DNA of 55,222 nucleotides. Origin: Octopus bimaculoides (lineage: Eukaryota). Shown here piece by piece: positions 22,538 through 35,662 of the stretch. The translations under genes were made by a program, and so were the position numbers. Numbering within the stretch: position 1 is the stretch's first letter; each line of letters begins with the position of its first letter. The stretch covers positions 39,660,711-39,715,932 of the forward strand of contig NC_068996.1 of NCBI RefSeq assembly GCF_001194135.2, written 5' to 3'. Under the pieces are notes generated by a model that saw only the letters and a program-made list of their open reading frames with translations, ran no database searches and was not told the origin of the DNA.

Positions 22538-23433
22538 TTAACCCTTTCGCATTCAGATTACTCTTTCAAACATAACACTTATTTATTCCCATTGTTTTGA
22601 ATAAATCATGCATTATCTCATATCTTTGAGATTTCAATGATGTGATTGTTTAGTTTTAGAATGGCATTGTAGGGTTGGTGTGAGAAGCTGGTTCTGGTCA
22701 GTCTGAACATAAAAAAGGTAGATAATCTGGGCTGGATTTGGCTGGTTTAACCCTTTGGTATTCAGATTACTCTGTCAAATGTAATACTTATTTATTCACA
22801 CTGTTTTGAATCAATCATGACTTATCTTGTAGCTTTGAGATTTCGATGGTGTGATTGTTTGTTTATAGAGTGACATCGTAGGGTAGGTGTGAGAGGCCAG
22901 ATCTGACTGGTTTGAATATCAAACAGGTAAAACATTTGGGCTGGATTTGGCTGGTTTAAATGCTAATGAGATAAACTTATGTGTATAATCCCTTAGCATC
23001 CAGATTATTCTATTAAATGTAACACTTATTTATTCGCATTGATTTGAATTAATCATGCATTATCTTGTAGCTTTGGGGTTTCGATGATGTGATTGCTTAT
23101 TTCTAGAATGACATTGTGGGGTAGGTATGAGGGCCTGGATCTTGCCAGTTTGAAGATAAAACAGGCAGAATATTTGGACTGGGTTTGGCTGGTGTAAGCC
23201 TTTAAGTGTTCAGATTATTCTATTAAAAATAAAGCTTATTTATTCACGTTGTTTGAATTAACCATGCATTATCTCATAGCTTTGAGATTTTGATGATGTG
23301 ATTGTTTGTTTTTAAAATGATATATTGTAGAGTAGGTGTGAGAGGCTGGATCTAGCAATAAAACTGGTTATAAAACATAAAACAGGTAGTGTATTTGCAC
23401 TGGATATGACCAGATTAACTGTTAAAGGGTTAA
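22538..23433. mobile_element. Tandem array of ~4 piggyBac-like MITE units
   Basis: Four ~210-230-bp units beginning (t)taaccct...cattcagatt; the final unit ends taaagggTTAA. Confidence 0.75.
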
Positions 23434-24064
23434 TTTACTGAAATTGAAAAGCTTTCAGCAGTTCCTTTTGTTATCTAAAACACAAAGATTATCTCTATTG
23501 TTATAAACGTTTTGAAAGGAAAAGAAATGTTCCAAAAAGAGAGTGTTTATCTGATTCTATTTATTTTGGCATTAAATCTACAGCCATTTCTTTTACATTC
23601 CAGTGATTATAATATGCTTGGACCTATAACAGTAAAACACGCTCGTGTAACCCATAATTTCTGGAAATATCCACTGGGCTAAGAAACATCTGGATTTAAT
23701 AATGATGTTTTCAACCAGAATTCAATCAAGAGAAATGTTTTCCAGATTGTTTTCCAGATCTACAACATTTACATCATCAGCAATTTCTGTTATCTCTGTT
23801 GAAAACGAGTGCTAGCTATTGTAGCCATTGATTAAAAAAAAAAAAGAAAAAAAAGAAAAAGAGACAGAGTGGTTAACAAGTATTATGCAGAGTTTTATGA
23901 GTCTTCGAGGAAACCTTTATGTTGCTGCTCAACCTGCTAGAAACATTAGTCAAATCTCCCTCAAATTATACCTACTGTCTTTAAACAGAAAAAGGAAGGG
24001 CAACAACACACGCACGCACGCACACACACACAGTAGGTGCGAGAGGTCAGATCTGCATAGATGA

Positions 24065-24103
<39 letters not shown>

Positions 24104-25103
24104 ATCCAGGGATTGAGGTGTAGGAAGAAAGTCATCTTCAAGCAATCTGTAGTAAATATAAAAAAACAACTTTCAGGAACAATAGTGATTTATTGAGGTA
24201 GAAAGTTGTGGATTCTTTTCATAATAAAGTACAATAAGATGAAAAAATATCTTTTTATATTTCACAGTAGGCAACCAGGGTTTCCAGGTATGCAAATAAG
24301 AATACAAGAGTTAATATTATACCACCAATATTTTCTCATTATATTCTCTTCAATTCCGTATTGTTGTTTATATCTATCTATCTTTATCTTTCCTTACCAT
24401 TTGCACCCTTATTTTTACTCTTATTTCGCCTGCCTCCTCCCCACCACCTTGTAAACTTACAAGTACATACATCTACATACATCTCTACTATTTTCATACA
24501 GAAAACACGCTTGCTCGCTCATTTGCACAACAATATAATATACATTCCTTAATTTTTAGTTTGTAGTATTTACTACAATTCTTCCCTATTTCCTCTTGAA
24601 TTTCAATTCCACTACTTCCTCATCATTTCAAGCATACTTTTTCCTCCCTCTTGACCACAAATGTTTCCCCACCCTCTTCCCTCCACATTATCATTTTTTT
24701 TTTTTCAAATACCACTTCCCTTGCACATCTCTATGACTCCAAAATAGCCATATTGAAAACTACCTTGTCGAACAACCTTGCTTAAATTCCTTAACTCTCC
24801 CACTCCCTTTTCTTTTCATTCTTTTTATTCCTTTCTATTTTATTTCTTGTATTCCTAATTTTTCTCCACATTCATATTCTCCACTCTTACTGTGCTCTTT
24901 ACACATTCTGATCAAATCTTCCACGTGTTAACATGTACCTCCATGCGACAATGTAAACTTTAATCAAGATTAATCAAAATACCCTTGACTTAACAAGTAG
25001 CTTGGGATGTACAACTCGCTTGGATATTTACCATTTCCAAGGTTCCACTTGCTATGAAAAATATGTAGCCCAGATCTTATCTACTCTTTTCCATAACTTT
25101 TGT

Positions 25104-25147
<44 letters not shown>

Positions 25148-26442
25148 GTCAGCACATAAAAAGCACCAACCGATTGTGGCCAATGCCAGTACCCCCTGGC
25201 TGGCTCTTGTGCTGGTGGCATGTAAAATGCAGCATTGAATGTGATCAATGCCAGTCTCACCTGACCGGCTCCTGTGCCAGCCAGGGGGTACTGGCATTGG
25301 CCACGATTGGCACATAAAAAGCACCCACTACACTCCTGGAGTGGTTGGCGTTAGGAAGGGCATCCAGCTGTAGAAGCTTGCCAGATCAGATTGGAGCCTG
25401 GTGCAGCCCACTGGCTCAACAGACCTCAGGCAAACCGTCTAAGACATGCCAGCATGGAAAATGGACATTAAACAATGATGATGATATATATATGATATAT
25501 ATACGATGAACTTCTTTTGGTTTCTGTCTACCAAATCCATTCATAAGGCTTTGGTCAATCTGGGGCTATAGTAGAAGGTACTTGTCCAAGATGCCACATA
25601 GTGGTACTGGATTTGAACCCTGTGGTTGGGAAGCAAACTTCCACCCACACAGCCACACCTAATCAAAAACAGCAGCTTAAAAAAATATATATATATATGG
25701 AATTTTTTCTTGCAGCATAAGATTTTTGCAATACGTTTGCATTATCAATTCTGATGCTGTTTGAATCTTACCATATAACCTAGGCTTCTGATAAAAATTT
25801 GGCAAGGCAGAACAACAAGACAGCTTTGAACAGTCTTGAAGTATGGAAGGAGGAGAGAGGGGCTTCTTTCAGTTTCCGTCTATCAAATCCACTCATAAGG
25901 TTTTCGTTGGCCTGAGGCTATAGTAGAAGATATTTGCCCAAGGTGCCACACAGCTGGAATGAACCTGGAACCATGTGGTTGGAAAGCAAGCTTCTTACCA
26001 GTCAGCCATGCCTACACATTATCTTATCTTGTAGGTTAGAAATTTTAAAGATGTAGTCGTATATTTTTAGAATGACATTGTAGAGTAGGTGTGAGATGTT
26101 GGATCTGGCCAATTTGAAACGCATAGAATATTTGGGCTGGATATGGCTGGTTTAAATTCTAAGGGTTAAAATTCATATGGTTCTAACAACCAGAAGGAAT
26201 AAAAAGTAGACATGTCAATGAAAGAATAATTTATGCATGAATATTTTACTTGGAAATTTCGAGAACAATACCAATAATATTGGCTTCAAACTTTAGCACA
26301 AGGCCAGCAATTTTGAGTGAGAGGGCTAGTTGATTACATTAGTCCCAGTGTTCAATTCAGAATGTAAAGATGGGCAAAAAGCAGCTAAGCATTTTGCCCT
26401 ACCAGTTCTGCCAGCTCAGAACCTTGAGAACAATACCAATAT

Positions 26443-26778
26443 TGAAGTAGTTGTATGCTGTCAACTTAATGTGACAGTCCCCCTGAAGGGAATAATACTA
26501 CTGTTGGTTAGACCTAGGAAGCTGCATCGCTTCCTGTCGGCCTTGACACATTTCCTGTATCCTTATGTTTACAAGGGGAGACAAGCACCTCCGCCCAGCT
26601 AAGCCTGCATCCAGAGACATGTTTCTGAGTCTTTGCTCGTCTCCTCCTTGTAAACATAAGGACACAGGAAATGTGTCAAGGCTGACAGGAAGCGATGCTG
26701 CTTCCTAGATCTAACCAACAGTAGTATTATTCCCTTCAGGGGACTGTCACATTAAGTTGACAGCATACAACTACTTCA
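26443..26778. mobile_element. MITE-like element with ~140-bp TIRs
   Basis: 26443-26582 is the near-perfect reverse complement of 26639-26778. Confidence 0.85.
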
Positions 26779-26844
26779 TTGTATCACTATTACATAAATC
26801 TCTCTGAGAGATTTAGAAATGTATTATTTCTAAATACCAATATT

Positions 26845-28355
26845 GATTTCAAATTTTGGCTGAATGCCAACAATTTTTGGGGAGGGAGTACATCTACTAC
26901 ATTGACCCTAGTGTTCAACTGGTACTTTTTTTTATCCACCCCAAAAGGATGAAAGACAATGTCAACCTTGGCAGAACTTGAACTCAGAATGTAAAGACAG
27001 GCAAAATGCAGTTAAACACTTTGCCCGGGGTGTTGATGATTCTGCCAGCGCTCCACCTCGAGAACCTTATCAATATTCTTTTCTATCCTAGGCACAAGGC
27101 CCGAAATTTTTGAGGAGATGGTGGGAAGTCGATTAGATCGACCCCAGTACACAACTGGTACTTAATTTATCGACCCCCAAAAGGATGAAAGGCAAAGTTG
27201 ACCTCGGTGGTGTTTGAACTAAGAACGTGAAGATAGACGAAATACCACTAAGCATTTTGCTCGGCATGCTAATGTTTCTGCCAGCTCACTGCTTTGAGAA
27301 CATTATCAATATTAGCAGCAAATGTAACAGCTTTTGGAATTGTGATTGCTTCATCAAGACATATTTCAAAGGTTGTGCTTTTTTTTAGTCAAAGAACAAG
27401 AGACAGCTTCACAGAATATCTGAACAAAAAAGATAGTAGTGCACTTAGAATTCTTGTAGTCAACTAAAAATATTCTTTTCTACACTAGGCACAAGGCCCG
27501 AATTTTTGGGGGGGAGGGGGCCAACCAATTAGATCAATCCCAGTACACAACTGGTACTTAATTTATTGACCCCAAAAGGATGAAAGGCAAAGTCGACCTC
27601 GGCGGAATTTGAACTCAGAATGTAAAAAAGCCAAATAAAAACATTGATTGTATCATGTTTAACCATGGGAGTAATGAGGATCATTTAAACCACTGGACCA
27701 TGTGCCTTCACACTTATTACAATTCTAATCTGGTGGTGGTGCCCTTGGGCAGGTCCTGTGCATGTGAACCTTCTCCAGCACTCTATAAGACCTGGGAAGG
27801 CCCTTACCCTCCCCTGCTACCATTAAGTAGATTACTGGAACTTTGGCTACCATGACTAGACCTGGAATGAATACTGGAGTGGTTTCCTCTTCTTCAGGCA
27901 GGTGGGATTTGAACTCAGAATATAGAGAGCTGGACGACATACCATAAAGCATTTCTGCCAAAGCATCAGTGATTTTTGCCACTCTCCCACATGCAGAGCA
28001 ACATAAAATGAAGTGTTATGCTCGAGAATACAATGTGCTGCCCAATAAGGGAATTGAACCCATGATCTTGCTATTGTGAATGCAACTCCGTAGCCACTAA
28101 ACTATGTGTCTTCACTTGTTACACTACTAAGTCTTAAATCCGTTTCAAATGTTGGCACAAGGCCAGCAATTTCAGTGTGGGGTTTAGTCGATTTCATTGA
28201 CCCCAGTGCTTAACTGGTACTTATTTTATTGACCCCAAAAGGATGAAAGGCAAAGTCAACCTCGACAGAATTTGAACTCAGAGCATAAAGACGGATGAAA
28301 TGCTGCTAAGCATTTAGCATAGCACAGTAAAATTTTTACCTGCTTACCACCTTAC
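26845..28355 (-). mobile_element. Cluster of at least 4 SINE family B copies plus fragments
   Basis: Repeated ggcacaaggcc...actggtacttaatttatcgacccc-aaaggatgaaaggcaaagtcgacc...gaatttgaactcagaa. Confidence 0.75.
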
Positions 28356-29315
28356 TAAGTTTTAAATTGCCAAACAATTACAGAATTTTCACTTAATTTA
28401 TTTTTTACAAATAACAAACCAAAAACAGCCAACACGTATTCTATAAATTAAATTTTCAAATTAAAATATGCAAGGCTTATAATTTTATTCACTCGTTACT
28501 TATAAATTCCAATGATGTGGGGGAATTTGGTTCATTCTGAGAAAGCAATTCATTCTTCATAGAATAAATTCAAAGAATTAAAGAAATAAAAAATAAAAAA
28601 ATGGCAGAGACAATCATATATACATAACCGTAACAAAAGCGATAAGACTATTTCCAATACGTGGCATCAACAGCTGTCCAAAAATATTAATTATATAATT
28701 TTTATACAATGCTGTCCTGATGTACATACCAGAGGCGTAATAGAAAAAGAATGTGTCCACAACTTTAGAAATAAAGGATATTGGTGCAGTGTTTGCATGA
28801 ATTCATTGTAAATATATCATTCCTGATATTATTTACCAAGACAAAGGACAAAAGTTATACCATTTTGTAGAGGTTAGCTGTTGAGCGAATATAACTCAAT
28901 CTATTGACTGCATTGATAATTCTCCCACCCAACACTCCAAGCCAGGGATAATGGTAGACCTTGACCACACCCATCATCTCTTACTAGCACACAAGACATG
29001 CCATTGTTGGACAAATCTCTTGTCCCACATATCTAAACCCATTCTCAGTGTTCAGATTACACTGTATATTCCAACTTTGTTTATAATGACCCTCGCCCCA
29101 AGATGCTGTCTCCATACAGTTTCTTGATGTGCTAAATCTCTGGTTACACTGGCTGATGTAGTCCTAGATGTACTTTGCCTGGAAAAAAAAAACAATGCAA
29201 AAAGATCTTATATAACTGCCTTCCTGAGTTCACACAGAATGCACTCAACACTTTTAGTCTTTTAGCTATTTAAGGCATTAGACAGTGGCCATGCTGGAGC
29301 ATATTTTGAAACTTC

Positions 29316-29409
29316 TACACAGTTTCCATCTACAAGCTTCGACAGAGTTTCCATCTACAAGCTTCCACAGAGTTTCCATCTACAAGCTTCCACACAATTT
29401 CCATCTACC
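29316..29409. repeat. 25-bp minisatellite (~3.7 copies) inside a degenerate SINE A
   Basis: Unit (c/g)acagagtttccatctacaagcttc. Confidence 0.85.
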
Positions 29410-29560
29410 GATTTCATTCACAATGCATTGGTTGTCCAAAGTTAAAATTTAAAAAAAAAACATATTTTTCCAAGATATCATGCAGTGGTATTGAACCTGA
29501 GATCATGCAGTTCTGAAGTGAACTTCTTAACCACACAGCCAATTATTCTTCCTCGGCTAG

Positions 29561-29651
29561 CTGTTTACAATAAAAACAGCTCTGGAAAATTTGGCTTATG
29601 GTCACAACAAGTTCAACTGCATTCTTGAGTCACTCAGAAATCCACGAGAAA
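29561..29651 (+). CDS. Possible internal coding exon, product unknown
   Basis: ttattcttcctcggctAG | 91 nt open as LFTIKTALENLAYGHNKFNCILESLRNPRE | GTAAGT. No family recognised. Confidence 0.25.
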
Positions 29652-29764
29652 GTAAGTCACATTGCACAGTGAGTTAGTCTTACACACTCTTTCATATTGT
29701 TTTATTTAACATGGTTGTGTGTTGTGCTAAATAAAATGTTCCAACCTTGAAATGCAGTGTTAAA

Positions 29765-29838
<74 letters not shown>

Positions 29839-30661
29839 NNNNNNNNNNNNNNNNNNNNNNNNNNNNNNNNNNNNNNNNNNNNNNNNNNNNNNNNNNNNNN
29901 NNNNNNNNNNNNNNNNNNNNNNNNNNNNNNNNNNNNNNNNNNNNNNNNNNNNNNNNNNNNNNNNNNNNNNNNNNNNNNNNNNNNNNNNNNNNNNNNNNNN
30001 NNNNNNNNNNNNNNNNNNNNNNNNNNNNNNNNNNNNNNNNNNNNNNNNNNNNNNNNNNNNNNNNNNNNNNNNNNNNNNNNNNNNNNNNNNNNNNNNNNNN
30101 NNNNNNNNNNNNNNNNNNNNNNNNNNNNNNNNNNNNNNNNNNNNNNNNNNNNNNNNNNNNNNNNNNNNNNNNNNNNNNNNNNNNNNNNNNNNNNNNNNNN
30201 NNNNNNNNNNNNNNNNNNNNNNNNNNNNNNNNNNNNNNNNNNNNNNNNNNNNNNNNNNNNNNNNNNNNNNNNNNNNNNNNNNNNNNNNNNNNNNNNNNNN
30301 NNNNNNNNNNNNNNNNNNNNNNNNNNNNNNNNNNNNNNNNNNNNNNNNNNNNNNNNNNNNNNNNNNNNNNNNNNNNNNNNNNNNNNNNNNNNNNNNNNNN
30401 NNNNNNNNNNNNNNNNNNNNNNNNNNNNNNNNNNNNNNNNNNNNNNNNNNNNNNNNNNNNNNNNNNNNNNNNNNNNNNNNNNNNNNNNNNNNNNNNNNNN
30501 NNNNNNNNNNNNNNNNNNNNNNNNNNNNNNNNNNNNNNNNNNNNNNNNNNNNNNNNNNNNNNNNATATATATATATTTATATACACCAGTCCTCAGTCAA
30601 ATCGTCCAACCCATGCTAGCATGGAAAGCGAACGTTAAACGATGATGATGATGATGATGAT

Positions 30662-31094
30662 GATATATAGCCATGGCTGTGTGATTAAAAGTTTGCTTCT
30701 CAACCACATGGTTCCAGGTTCACTCCCACTGCATGGCACCTTGGGCGAGTGTCTTCTATCATAGCCCCAAGCTGACCAAAGCCTAGTGAGTGGATTTGGT
30801 AGACAGAAACTGAAAGAAGCTCATCATATGTGTGTGTGTGTGTGTATCTGTGGTTGCTCCCCCACCCTCGTCGCTTGGCAACCAATGCTGGTGTTTTTAT
30901 GTCCCTGTAACTAAACAGCTCAGCAAAAGCGACCGATAGAATAAGTACTAGGCTTAGAAAGAACAAGTCTTGGGGTCGATTTCTTCAACTAAAAACCCTT
31001 TAAAGTGGTACTCCAGCATGGCCACAACCAAATGACTGACATAAGTAAAAAGCTAAAAAAATAAACACACATACATGCACACACACACATACAC

Positions 31095-31156
<62 letters not shown>

Positions 31157-31590
31157 TGATGATGGAACCATGTCAAAGGCACCCTGTACACTCTGTAGAG
31201 CAGCTGGCATTAGGAATGACATCCAGCCATAGAAACCAAATATAAACAGACTATGGTACCTAATATGGCCCCTAGCATTACCAGTTCCTGTCAAGCCACC
31301 CAACTCATGCCAGCATGGAAAGCAGATGTTAAATGTTGGTGATGATGATATATGTGTGTGTGTGTGTATGTGGAGGCACAAGGTTTAGAGACCAGGGTGT
31401 TTTGATTCCTGGACTGGGCGACATGTTGTGTCCTTGAGCAAAACACTTCATTTCACATTGCTCCAGTCCACTCAGTTGACAAAAATGAGTAATCTTGTGA
31501 TGGACCAGTGTCCTGTCCAAGGGTGGAAATATATATGCCACAAAATCTGAAAAATCAGCCTTATGAGCCTATGGCTCAGGAAGAACCATT
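30662..31590 (+). mobile_element. Adjacent SINE A (30662-31050), family C fragment (31160-31350) and tRNA/CORE SINE family D (31370-31590)
   Basis: Family D has gttgtgtccttgagcaaaacacttcatttcacattgctccagtccactcag; other copies lie on the minus strand at 27990-28095 and 34790-35010. Confidence 0.7.
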
Positions 31591-32297
31591 CATCCTGATC
31601 CCTTGATAGACATGGCTATGTGGTAAGAAGTTCGCTTTCCAACCATATGGTCCCGGGTTCAGTCCCACTGCGTGGTACCTTGGGCAAGTGTCTTCTACTA
31701 TATCCCTGGACCGACCAAAGCCTTGTGAGTGGATTTGGTAGATGAAAACTGAAAGAAGCCCAATGTATATCAATGTATATATATATATATAAATATGTGC
31801 GTGGGTGCGTGTATTTATGTGTGCATGTGTCTGTGTTTGTCCCCCTGCCATCACTTGACAGCCAATATTATAAGAAGACATACAGGTGTCTTCTTAAATT
31901 CGAAAAATGAAATTTTTAGTCAGTGCCCTCATGACAGAAAACTTATGCTGGAAGCATAGGCTTTCCTGCTGTTGACAACTGAACAGAAAACGGACATAAA
32001 TCGATATTTTTGAGGAACAACTGGAACTTCCAGAAAGGGTTTTGCTTTGAATATTTTTTTCCAGGGTTCTTTTTTTCCAACACCAAGCTGATCAATACTG
32101 TATTTTTACATACATTGGTAAAGAGATCATGTTCTTCTTGCCACCAGGTCTGATGAATCACCTATATTATTAAGTGCAATAAAAGATATGAAAACAATGG
32201 TAACTCTCTGACTGACCATAAGCAACAACTACATAAAATATTACTGCTCAAAAAAGTTTTTTCGGTGTGCTTGCTTTTTGGACTTATGCACCCCTGA

Positions 32298-32340
<43 letters not shown>

Positions 32341-32648
32341 NNNNNNNNNNNNNNNNNNNNNNNNNNNNNNNNNNNNNNNNNNNNNNNNNNNNNNNNNNNN
32401 NNNNNNNNNNNNNNNNNNNNNNNNNNNNNNNNNNNNNNNNNNNNNNNNNNNNNNNNNNNNNNNNNNNNNNNNNNNNNNNNNNNNNNNNNNNNNNNNNNNN
32501 NNNNNNNNNNNNNNNNNNNNNNNNNNNNNNNNNNNNNNNNNNNNNNNNNNNNNNNNNNNNNNNNNNNNNNNNNNNNNNNNNNNNNNNNNNNNNNNNNNNN
32601 NNNNNNNNNNNNNNNNNNNNNNNNNNNNNNNNNNNNNNNNNNNNNNNN

Positions 32649-32687
<39 letters not shown>

Positions 32688-34465
32688 TATAATATAAGTA
32701 GTAAGGGTACATCTCAGGTGTATCCTCTTGAAGTACATCTGCTTATTCCATAATTACAATCCCATATGTAGTCTCAGTTGGTGCTGTGTGTTAGTGCAAG
32801 ATACATATTAAAATTAAGAATTATGGAATTATTTCTTGCAGAATTCTTGTATAACAAGACAGGAAATTGGAAATTTACTTTCATCATATATTCACCATTA
32901 CACATGTTTCATTTGCTAATAGGAATTACATAGTTTTACATGTTAGATAGATATGTAAAAGAATTTCCTATTCCTTTATAATTTGTATTTGCAAATGAAA
33001 TGCGTGCCCCAACATGGCTGCAGTTCTTGAGCTGAAACTAGAAAAGAAAAAAAAAGTACATGGCGGTCCTCCAGTATGGCCACAGTCAAATGACTGAAAC
33101 ATGTAAAAGGATAAAAGAATATAATGGTCTTCTTTCAGTTTCCACCAACCTAATCCACTCACAAAGTTTTAGTCAGTCCAAGACTATAATAAAAGACACA
33201 TCCCCAAGGTGTCTCACAGTGGGACTGAACCCAAAACGATGTGGTTGGGAACCAAACATCTTACCACATGGCCACACTGAGTCTGGAGGAGTTTAACACT
33301 TTTTACATATTTCGTTTTCAGTAACTATCAACAACTTTCCCGTATATATATTATCAAGCATTTTGTATTACAGAAGACTAATTTCAAACAATTATATTTG
33401 TTTCTTTTGTTTGTTTTCTTCGTGAATGTTGGTTGATCCATTAAATCAATTCTATGTACACATGTAAAGTGTAACTATAAACAATGTGGGTTAATAAAAA
33501 TAAATATATGAAAACTCAAATAAATATTAGCGAGGCCATTCTTGTCTTCCACATGTAACCTACTTAAAACTGTCAGACTACCAACAGAGAACTAACAATG
33601 TAGAACCCACACACATATATGTATGTATATATATATATATATCTATATCTATATCTATATCTATATGTATATATNNNNNNNNNNNNNNNNNNNNNNNNNN
33701 NNNNNNNNNNNNNNNNNNNNNNNNNNNNNNNNNNNNNNNNNNNNNNNNNNNNNNNNNNNNNNNNNNNNNNNNNNNNNNNNNNNNNNNNNNNNNNNNNNNN
33801 NNNNNNNNNNNNNNNNNNNNNNNNNNNNNNNNNNNNNNNNNNNNNNNNNNNNNNNNNNNNNNNNNNNNNNNNNNNNNNNNNNNNNNNNNNNNNNNNNNNN
33901 NNNNNNNNNNNNNNNNNNNNNNNNNNNNNNNNNNNNNNNNNNNNNNNNNNNNNNNNNNNNNNNNNNNNNNNNNNNNNNNNNNNNNNNNNNNNNNNNNNNN
34001 NNNNNNNNNNNNNNNNNNNNNNNNNNNNNNNNNNNNNNNNNNNNNNNNNNNNNNNNNNNNNNNNNNNNNNNNNNNNNNNNNNNNNNNNNNNNNNNNNNNN
34101 NNNNNNNNNNNNNNNNNNNNNNNNNNNNNNNNNNNNNNNNNNNNNNNNNNNNNNNNNNNNNNNNNNNNNNNNNNNNNNNNNNNNNNNNNNNNNNNNNNNN
34201 NNNNNNNNNNNNNNNNNNNNNNNNNNNNNNNNNNNNNNNNNNNNNNNNNNNNNNNNNNNNNNNNNNNNNNNNNNNNNNNNNNNNNNNNNNNNNNNNNNNN
34301 NNNNNNNNNNNNNNNNNNNNNNNNNNNNNNNNNNNATACAGTAGTACAATTTAAGTAGCATAAACAATTTATAGTACCTAATTTTGGATAATAACACCAT
34401 TGGCAATACGGCAACTCTTCAAGAGAATATATATTGCTTCATGGGTGGCTGTACTATCTTCATTA

Positions 34466-34539
34466 CCATCATCATCATCATCATCATTGTCATCATCACC
34501 ACCACCACCACTACCACTACCATCACCATCATCATCATT

Positions 34540-34576
<37 letters not shown>

Positions 34577-34635
34577 ACAACATTATCGTCGTCATCATCA
34601 GTCATCATCATCACCATCACCATCATCATCATCAT

Positions 34636-34667
<32 letters not shown>

Positions 34668-34700
34668 ACATCATCATCATCATCATCATCATCATCACCA
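34466..34700. repeat. (CAT)n/(CAC)n trinucleotide tract
   Basis: Direct reading; it gives the poly-His/Asp/Met ORFs. Confidence 0.95.
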
Positions 34701-35244
34701 TTTGACATCCGTTTTCCTCACCAGCATAGGTTGGACAGTTTCAAAGGAACCGGGTAAAAAAGTTACCTTCTTGAGTTATACTGACTCGTGAGGGCCGGTT
34801 TCCAGGTTTCAGTGGAATATATATTTCCCACCTGGATAAGATGCAGTCCCATTGCAGGATTACTCATTTTTGCCAGGTGAGTCAACTGGAGCAATGTGAA
34901 ATGAAGTATTTTGCTCCAGAACACAACACATCACCCAGTCCAGGAATTGAAACCACATTCTTACGATCATGAGTCCAACACCCTAACCACCAAGCCACGC
35001 ACCTCCACTAGGAAGCCGGAGAATTGCACCGGGCTGGAATTGCCTGACATTATCGTTGAGTCCTGTCTGCGGGCATATTTCTTTTTTTTCTCCTCTATCT
35101 CAAATTGATTCATGTAATGTCTTAGGCAGTGTTTCTCAACCATTTTCAACCCATGATTCCTGTTTTAATTGGATAGATCCTCATAGCCATTCAATGTTTA
35201 AAGAAAGGCCTTATTGTAATTTATAATTAAATATTATTAGGACT

Positions 35245-35416
35245 AGGTGCAGGAGTGACTGTGTGGTAAGTAGCTTGCTTACCAACCACATGTTCCCAAG
35301 TTCAGTCCCACTGCATGGCACCTTGGGCAAGTGTCTTCTACTATAGCTTCAGGCCGACCAAAACCTTGTAAGTGGATTTGGTTGACAGAAACTGGAAGAA
35401 GCCCATCCCATATATG

Positions 35417-35449
<33 letters not shown>

Positions 35450-35662
35450 TTGTGTGTCTGTGTTTGTCCCCCCACCATTGCTTGACAATCGATGCTGGTG
35501 TGTTTACGTCCCCGTAACTTAGCGGTTCAGCAAAAAGAGACCGATAGAATAAGTACTAGGCTTACAAAGAATAAGTCCTGGGGTCGATTTGCTCGACTAA
35601 AGGCGGTGCTCCAGCATGGCCACAGTCAAAAGACTGAAACAAGTAAAAGAGAAAAAGAGTAA
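35245..35662 (+). mobile_element. Full-length, well-preserved SINE family A
   Basis: Head, internal (TA)n(TG)n and complete 3' half with retained CpGs. Confidence 0.85.

Noticed and set aside
24100-24150. Strong minus-strand acceptor followed by LLEDDFLPTPQSLDL
   Set aside because: No GT donor before the (TA)n tract.
34378-34791. Poly-His/poly-Asp ORFs
   Set aside because: (CAT)n trinucleotide repeat; open in several frames on both strands.
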